A stretch of 64,000 bases of DNA, taken from NCBI GenBank assembly GCA_963662265.2, contig CAXXHA010000029.1:96001-160000 (forward strand), written 5' to 3'. A model generated the notes under the pieces. That model was not told where the DNA came from. It searched no databases and saw only the letters and a program-made list of their open reading frames with translations. The translations under genes and the position numbers were made by a program. The DNA is from Spirochaetia bacterium. GTDB taxonomy: Bacteria; Spirochaetota; Spirochaetia; CADAEX01. Of this stretch, positions 57,926-64,000 are shown in pieces (the stretch's first letter is position 1; every line of letters starts with the position of its first letter).

Positions 57926-59581
57926 ATGAAATTTGAAGAATTCAACATTGATGATGAACTCCTGCGTGGACTGAATGATGCAGGATACACAGAATGTATG
58001 CCGGTGCAGGAACAGACATTGCGGCTTACACTGGAAGGAAAAGATGTAGAAGTTCAGTCGCAGACTGGAACAGGAAAAACCGCAGCATTTTTAATAACAG
58101 TATTTCAGCTGTTTCAGAAAAACAGGGAGAACAGGAGAAAAACACTTATCGTAGTCCCTACAAGGGAACTTGCAGTACAGATAGAGCAGGAAGCTAAGCT
58201 GCTTTCAAAGTATATTGATATAAATATTGTAAGTATTTTCGGCGGTACAGGATACAAAAAACAGGAAGCCCTGATAGAGCAGGGTGCAGATGTTATAATC
58301 GGTACACCGGGGAGGCTCATTGATTTCGGAAAATCAGGTAAAATAAAATTCAGAGAAATAGGTACACTTATTATTGATGAAGCAGACAGGATGTTTGATA
58401 TGGGTTTTATTCCGGATCTCAGGTGGATGATGAGAAAAATGCCGGCAAGAGAACAGCGGAATACAATGCTTTTCAGCGCCACTCTAAACAGCCGTGTAAG
58501 ACAGCTTGCCTGGGAATATATGAATGAACCTGAAGAAATAGAAATTGCTCCGGAAAGTATTACTGTGGAGGAAATAGAGCAGGTTTTATATCATGTTTCC
58601 AAAGAGGAAAAGCTGAAACTGCTGCTTGGGATACTGAATAAGGATAAACCTGAAACAGCGGTGATTTTTATCAACACAAAACAGCATGCTGTAGAGCTTT
58701 CGAAAAGACTGAACCATAACGGATTGAAGTCAAGTTACCTGATGGGAGACATGCCTCAGAAGAAAAGGCTTTCAATTATAAACAGGGTAAAGTCCGGTGA
58801 AATCAAGCTGCTTGTAGCAACAGATGTTGCTGCGAGGGGACTTCATATAAATGATCTTGAGATGGTTTTCAACTATGATCTTCCTGAGGACTGTGAGAAT
58901 TATGTACACAGAATAGGAAGAACTGCCAGGGCAGGAAAAACAGGTAAGGCTGTATCTCTTGCCTGTGAGAAATATGTATTTGCGCTTCCTTCAATTGAAG
59001 AGTATATAAAAATGAAAATTCCGGTTGAGTGGGCTGATGAAGAACTTTACGCGGAAGACCTGAGCGAGGGAATAAGGTTCAGACACGAAAGAAGATCTTC
59101 TTCGGGACGAACTGACAGCAGGAGAACTTCAGGCCGAAGCAGGCGGGGTTCCAACACTCAGCACAGTTCAGGGTATGGAAACAGCAGAAGGACTGACTCG
59201 GGACGGAAAAATACAGAAAGGCAGAATTACAGGAAAGAAAGTCCTGTATCTGACAGCAGTTATACAGACAGCAGAAAAACTGCATCTTCATCCAGATCCG
59301 GTAGAATGGTGAAAAGCGGCAGAAATGAAAACAGGAATGACAGCAGACGTAAAGGATTTTCAGAAAACCAGAAAAACCGTGGGAACTACGGAAACAGGAA
59401 ACGGAATGAAAATAACAGCTTAAGCAGGAAGAATAACCGTTCCTATGAAGATCGAATCAAATATTACAATGAAAAGTACGGTGAGAATATTGCAGTATCA
59501 GATAAGAATGTTTCTGAAAACGACAGCAGAAAAAAATCCGGAAAAAAATCAATTTTAAAGAGAATATTCGGACTTAAATAA
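57926..59581 (+). CDS. DEAD-box RNA helicase (RhlB/RhlE-like) with a long low-complexity C-terminal tail
   Basis: QSQTGTGKT, PTRELA, TPGRL, DEAD, SAT, ARGL, HRIGRTAR. Confidence 0.96.
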   Translation: MKFEEFNIDDELLRGLNDAGYTECMPVQEQTLRLTLEGKDVEVQSQTGTGKTAAFLITVFQLFQKNRENRRKTLIVVPTRELAVQIEQEAKLLSKYIDINIVSIFGGTGYKKQEALIEQGADVIIGTPGRLIDFGKSGKIKFREIGTLIIDEADRMFDMGFIPDLRWMMRKMPAREQRNTMLFSATLNSRVRQLAWEYMNEPEEIEIAPESITVEEIEQVLYHVSKEEKLKLLLGILNKDKPETAVIFINTKQHAVELSKRLNHNGLKSSYLMGDMPQKKRLSIINRVKSGEIKLLVATDVAARGLHINDLEMVFNYDLPEDCENYVHRIGRTARAGKTGKAVSLACEKYVFALPSIEEYIKMKIPVEWADEELYAEDLSEGIRFRHERRSSSGRTDSRRTSGRSRRGSNTQHSSGYGNSRRTDSGRKNTERQNYRKESPVSDSSYTDSRKTASSSRSGRMVKSGRNENRNDSRRKGFSENQKNRGNYGNRKRNENNSLSRKNNRSYEDRIKYYNEKYGENIAVSDKNVSENDSRKKSGKKSILKRIFGLK

Positions 59582-59628
59582 TAAGATTTTTTGTAATTTC
59601 ATTTGTAAGGAGATTGCAGGAAAAAGAT

Positions 59629-59660
59629 AAAACAGCTGATTGTTCAGCTGTTTTTTTTTT
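59629..59660 (+). terminator. Intrinsic terminator
   Basis: AAAACAGCTGA-TTGT-TCAGCTGTTTT plus T-run. Confidence 0.85.
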
Positions 59661-59819
59661 GGAGAAGAACTGAAAATATCAGTGTTTAGATTAAATTATT
59701 ATAATGTGATTGTTCTATGATTTATAATACCTGCTGCTAAAGAATTCAGAAATAATACTGAAAGCTTTGGTATAAATATGTAAAAAAAAGCATCCCGGAG
59801 AGCTGTTTAGCAATAATAA

Positions 59820-59871
59820 TATAAATAAATATGCAGTCTAATTGACTTTTATGCATATTTTTACATATTAT
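59820..59871 (+). promoter_or_regulatory. sigma70 promoter overlapped by tandem ARG-box-like operators
   Basis: TAAAT-N4-ATGCA (59822-59835) and TTGAC-N4-ATGCA (59842-59855), 20-bp period; -35 TTGACT 59842-59847, -10 TATTAT 59866-59871. Confidence 0.55.
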
Positions 59872-59902
59872 GAATCATATTTTTTAAAAAACGGAGAAAT
59901 GA

Positions 59903-60640
59903 ATGAAACTCAGTAAATTGATTATTGCACTGATTATTTCTTTAATTGCGCTCACTGGATGTGCAGAAAAGAAAGAAGCTATTGTTATGGGAACTAATGC
60001 TGCATTCCCGCCATTTGAATTTATCGGCGGAGAATCCGGTGATGAAGTAGTAGGATTTGATGTAGAGATTGCAAAAGAAATTGCAAAAGATCTCGGCGTT
60101 GAACTCAGAATTGAAGATATGGAGTTTGATACACTTCTTACAGCGCTTAATGCAGATAAAATAGATTTTGTTATAGCAGGTATGACAATCAATCCAAAGA
60201 GAGCGGAAAGTGTGAACTTTTCAGAACCTTATTATGAGGCAACACAGGCTGTTATTGTTCAGAAGGGTCAGGATGTGATAAAGGTGATTGATGATCTTAA
60301 AGATAAAAAAATGTCAGTACAGCTTGGTACAACCGGAAATGATATGGCAAGTAAATACACATCAGAAGGTAATATTTCTGCGTTTAACACAGGTTTTGAA
60401 GCTGTAATGGAACTTAAAAACGGAAAGGTTGACTGTCTTATAATTGACCAGCAGCCTGCAATGAATTTTGTAAATAAAAATCCTGAACTTGAAATAATTT
60501 CATTTGATTTTGATCCTGAGTATTATGGTATAGCTATAAAAAAGGATAATAAAGAACTGCTTGATTCTGTTAACAAGACACTTTCAAGACTTAAAGAAAG
60601 CGGTAAATATGATGAACTGCTTTCACAGTTCATGAAATAG
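59903..60640 (+). CDS. Polar/basic amino-acid ABC transporter substrate-binding lipoprotein (SBP family 3)
   Basis: Lipobox LTGC; GTNAAFPPFE, GFDVEIA, AGMTI..KR, VQLGTTG. Confidence 0.95.
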   Translation: MKLSKLIIALIISLIALTGCAEKKEAIVMGTNAAFPPFEFIGGESGDEVVGFDVEIAKEIAKDLGVELRIEDMEFDTLLTALNADKIDFVIAGMTINPKRAESVNFSEPYYEATQAVIVQKGQDVIKVIDDLKDKKMSVQLGTTGNDMASKYTSEGNISAFNTGFEAVMELKNGKVDCLIIDQQPAMNFVNKNPELEIISFDFDPEYYGIAIKKDNKELLDSVNKTLSRLKESGKYDELLSQFMK

Positions 60641-60642
60641 AT

Positions 60643-60742
60643 ACTTGATAAAAACTTGTTTTTATCAAGAGCGACAGAGACTTTCTCGAAGAGAAAGTGC
60701 TCGATAGCGTCATAAAACTTGATAAAAACTTGTTTTTACCAA
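60643..60742. repeat. Intercistronic palindromic repeat unit (REP/BIME-like)
   Basis: Two direct copies of the palindrome CTTGATAAAAAC-TT-GTTTTTA(T/C)CAA flanking a GAGACTTTCTC-GAA-GAGAAAGTGCTC hairpin. Confidence 0.75.
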
Positions 60743-60762
60743 TATTATTATAGGAGACACAT

Positions 60763-61443
60763 TTGTTTGATGCCGTAAAAAGGACTCTAATTGAAGAGCT
60801 TTGGGACGCAGGTCCCAACGGCATAACACTTCTATTTAACGGACTTAAGGTTACCCTTGTGGTAACCTTATTTGCTGTTTTTACAGGTGTTGTGCTGGGT
60901 ACAATTATTGCTCTCATGAGAATGTCCAAAAACAGACTACTCAATCTCACAGCAAGAGGTTACACCGAATTAATAAGAGGAACTCCGGTACTTGTACAGC
61001 TTCTTATTATCTATTTTGTTGTTTTTCAGGCTTTTGATGTAAATAAGACAATGGCTGCAATAATTGCTTTTGGAATTAACTCCGGAGCATATGTTTCAGA
61101 AATTATCAGAGCCGGAATACAGGCTGTTTCGAAGGGACAGATGGAAGCTGCGAGGTCTTTAGGTATGCCCCACAGCATGGCAATGAAAGAGATAATACTT
61201 CCGCAGGCAGTTAAAAATATTCTTCCCGCTCTGGGTAATGAATTTATTGTTCTTCTGAAAGAGACTTCAATAATTGGATTTATCGGTGGGAATGACCTGA
61301 TGAGAGCAGGTAATAAGATAAGAAGTATTACCTATGAGGCGACAATACCGCTTATTGCAACAGCAATCATTTACCTTATACTTACTCTGACCCTTTCACA
61401 TCTTCTTGCAAGGGCTGAAAGGAGGATGAAAAACAGTGATTAA
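60763..61443 (+). CDS. Amino-acid ABC transporter permease
   Basis: [32 protein letters not shown]; TTG start after AGGAG. Confidence 0.95.
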   Translation: MFDAVKRTLIEELWDAGPNGITLLFNGLKVTLVVTLFAVFTGVVLGTIIALMRMSKNRLLNLTARGYTELIRGTPVLVQLLIIYFVVFQAFDVNKTMAAIIAFGINSGAYVSEIIRAGIQAVSKGQMEAARSLGMPHSMAMKEIILPQAVKNILPALGNEFIVLLKETSIIGFIGGNDLMRAGNKIRSITYEATIPLIATAIIYLILTLTLSHLLARAERRMKNSD

Positions 61444-62160
61444 AGTAGTCGATCTTCATAAATATTTCGGAAAACTTGAAGTCCTCAGGGGAATTACTGA
61501 AAGTGTTGCACCTGGTGAAGTAATAAGTGTAATAGGTCCTTCAGGAAGCGGAAAGAGTACATTCCTGAGATGTCTGAACCTGCTTGAGGAACCGACCTCG
61601 GGACATATTTTTATCGAAGGGACAGAGTATTACAGATACTGCAACAGATATAAACAAGCTGCGTGAAAAAGTGGGAATGGTTTTTCAGCAGTTTAATCTG
61701 TTTCCCCATAAATCTGTCATGGAAAACATAACTCTTGCACCTGTTAAGCTTGGCAAGATGAGCGTTAAAGAGGCAGAGGATAAAGCTGTAGAACTGCTTG
61801 AACGGGTAGGGCTTTCTGACAAGGTTAATGAATATCCGAACCGGCTTTCCGGTGGACAGAAGCAGAGAGTAGCTATTGCACGTGCTCTTGCAATGAATCC
61901 TGATATCATGCTTTTTGATGAGCCTACAAGCGCACTTGATCCTGAAATGGTAGGTGAAGTACTTGATGTAATAAAGAAGCTGGCATCGGAAGGGATGACA
62001 ATGGTTGTTGTGACCCATGAGATGGGGTTTTGCAAGAGAGGTCAGCAACAGGGTTCTTTTCATTGATGAAGGGGTTATTGTCGAGAACAGGCCTCCTGAA
62101 GAACTGTTCGGGAATCCGCAGAATGAAAGGACAAAGGATTTTCTTTCAAAAGTACTGTAA
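61436..62160 (+). CDS. Amino-acid ABC transporter ATP-binding protein (GlnQ/ArtP-like, 240 aa) with two +1 frameshifts
   Basis: [44 protein letters not shown]; removing one G at ~61619-61621 and one base at ~62024-62031 restores a 240-aa ORF. Confidence 0.88.
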
Positions 62161-62180
62161 AATTATTATAATCATGAAAT

Positions 62181-62211
62181 AAATGCACTTTTTTTAAAGT
62201 GCATTTTTTTT
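62181..62211 (+). terminator. Intrinsic terminator
   Basis: AAATGCACTTT-TTTT-AAAGTGCATTT plus T-run. Confidence 0.75.
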
Positions 62212-62441
62212 AATAAAAAAACTTTAAAAAGTATTTTCAGGGTTGTGTCTAATTAACTGTATTTTTGAGTTTTTAAACAAAGACATTTTTTGTCAGCCAT
62301 CTTGTTGTTGTGAAGAAGTGCAACAAGATCTTCTATTGATGTGAAACAGTGTCTGAACCAAAACAGTTGCAACAAAATAATTACTGAATCAAAAAAGTGT
62401 CTGAATAAAAATAATTACTGATATTCAGAGCCTGCTGTAAC

Positions 62442-63220
62442 TTAATGATTATCAAGTGAACCGATAGGTATTATATGACGCATTGAGCCGTCATTTATAA
62501 TCTTAGCTTCAACACTGTAAACCTCCCTGATCATCTCCGGAGTCAGACTACTGTATCAGGTTCTCCTGATGTGTAAACAGTGCCATCTTTAAGGACTACA
62601 ACATTGTCAGCGTAACGTGAAGCAAGTGAAAGGGAATGAATCGCAACAAGTGTCGTTATCCCCTTATCCTTTGTAACAGCTGAAATCTGTTCAATGATTC
62701 TGAGTTCATTCCTGAGATCAAGACTGCTGGTCGGTTCATCTAGAAGCAGTACTTCAGGAGAGTTGACCAGAGCCTGGGCTATTGAGACAAGCTGTTTCTG
62801 CCCTCCGCTCAATTCATTGATATAACGGGTTGCAAGATGATCAATATTGAGAAGCTTCAGGACTTTCATGACTTTTTCAAGTTCATCATCTCCTACCCGA
62901 AGGGTAAGGTTCTTCAGAAGCCCGAGAAGGACAGCTTCAAATACAGAAATCTGAGCTTTGAATGATGTGTCCTGGGGGAGGTAGCTTATATGTCTGTACA
63001 GATCCCTGCTTTTGACAGATCCACTGTTTCTACTGTGAAATAAGATATTTCCATGTGCTTTTTCAATCCCTGCTATGCACTTAAGAAGCGTGGATTTCCC
63101 TGCAGCATTTGGGCCTATGAGAGCTGTAAGCCTGCCGGGTGGTATATCGAGTGATATATTTCTGAGTACAGGTTTCGATCTGCTGTAAGAAAACTCAAGA
63201 TTTTCAATTGCAACTCTCAC
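62442..63220 (-). CDS. Iron-siderophore/cobalamin-type ABC transporter ATP-binding protein (FepC/BtuD family), frameshifted near the 3' end
   Basis: GTG 63220 after AGGAG; GPNAAGKST, LSGGQKQ, DEPTSSLD; the conserved tail LTPEMIREVYSV lies in another frame after ~62546. Confidence 0.88.
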
Positions 63221-64000
63221 CAGAAACTCCTTTTTGAACGGAGAAGGAGGAAAAGAAGAAAAGGTACTCCTATAAAAGAGGTGATGATTCCAATTGGAAA
63301 AATTGTCCCGGGGATCAATATCTTGCTGAGAATGGAAGAAACTGAAAGGAGGAAAGAACCGCAAAGGATAGATGCGGGGAGAAAGTATCTCTGTTCTTCA
63401 CCTACAAGCATTCTTGCTATGTGCGGGCCTGCAAGACCGACAAAACCTATAGTACCAACAAAGGCAACAACAGATCCTGTAAGTATTGATACAAGTACAA
63501 GAACCCTCAGTCTCAGTCTTTCTACATTTACCCCGAGGCTTTTTGCCTTTGTTTCTCCCAGTCTCAGGGAAGTAAGTTCCCATGCATCCCTGAAAAGGAT
63601 GGGTAATATAGCAAGAAAGATCAGAACTGTAAAGAGAAGTTTAGGCCATGTTGTTTTTGAAAGGCTTCCGAACATCCAGAAGACAATAGCCTGAAGTTCT
63701 TCCTCTGCCGCATAGTATTCAAGCACTGCCATTCCAGCATGAAAAAGGAAAAGAACAGCAATTCCCGCAAGTACCATTGTCTCTGAGCTGAACTTTTTTC
63801 TCCTGGCAAGAACTATGATAAGGATGCTTGTAAGAAGTGAGAAAAAGAAGGCATTCAGCGGGATCAGTAAAGTGGTACCGAGGGGAACTACTCCGACACC
63901 CAGGACTATGGCAAGAGCTGCCCCGAAGCCTGCAGCTGCTGATACACCCAGGGTGTAGGGGCTTGCAAGGGGGTTGTTCAGTATTGTCTGCATCTCAGCC
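63217..64000 (-). CDS. FecCD/BtuC family ABC permease (5'-truncated by the window edge)
   Basis: MQTILNNPLASPYTLG, AKSLGVNV, GTIGFVGL.GPHIAR, PIGIITSFIGVP. Confidence 0.95.
   Translation of the reverse strand, partial: AEMQTILNNPLASPYTLGVSAAAGFGAALAIVLGVGVVPLGTTLLIPLNAFFFSLLTSILIIVLARRKKFSSETMVLAGIAVLFLFHAGMAVLEYYAAEEELQAIVFWMFGSLSKTTWPKLLFTVLIFLAILPILFRDAWELTSLRLGETKAKSLGVNVERLRLRVLVLVSILTGSVVAFVGTIGFVGLAGPHIARMLVGEEQRYFLPASILCGSFLLSVSSILSKILIPGTIFPIGIITSFIGVPFLLFLLLRSKRSFW

Noticed and set aside
60643-60742. Mini CRISPR array (repeat-spacer-repeat)
   Set aside because: Only two copies, the intervening sequence is itself a hairpin, it lies inside an ABC operon, and there are no cas genes or leader
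62239-62440. IS end or HGT boundary before the FecCD operon (short duplications AGTGTCTGAA and AAAATAATTACTGA, one hairpin)
   Set aside because: No matching inverted repeat or transposase; by eye the GC of the downstream genes is similar to housekeeping genes such as valS

Overview
An AT-rich bacterial chromosomal segment, most likely from a free-living anaerobic spirochaete. This is inferred from the AckA C-terminal extension, the 'FSGGSKE'-type solute-binding-protein signal, and the tandem cNMP protein and ECF-sigma/transglutaminase operon next to cysS-murB-mgtE. It mixes housekeeping genes (recG, dnaE, ackA, mgtE, murB, cysS, valS, proS, rnd, a DEAD-box helicase) with signalling and transport genes. 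I saw no rRNA, tRNA, CRISPR-Cas, prophage or intact transposase. The most striking item is a gene (53661-55076, minus strand) fusing a canonical TVGYG K+ channel pore and RCK gating domain to a complete bacteriohemerythrin with all seven di-iron ligands. It has an MthK-like internal start (Met109) preceded by a Shine-Dalgarno-like GGAG, and is a candidate O2/redox-gated K+ channel. It is transcribed divergently from a hybrid kinase whose PAS domains appear to be exported. Other notable items: a ~210-nt structured leader with a uORF upstream of an MFS transporter; a soluble FIST/NosP chemoreceptor; a PHP-glycosyltransferase fusion; an arcA gene without arcB/arcC; an apparently autoregulated leaderless ECF sigma factor controlling a Cys-to-Ser transglutaminase-like protein; ARG boxes over an amino-acid ABC promoter; and small palindromic MITE/REP-like elements. 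Three genes near the window ends have small indel frameshifts, mostly in homopolymers, that look like sequencing errors. All calls come from motif recognition by eye, with no database searches.
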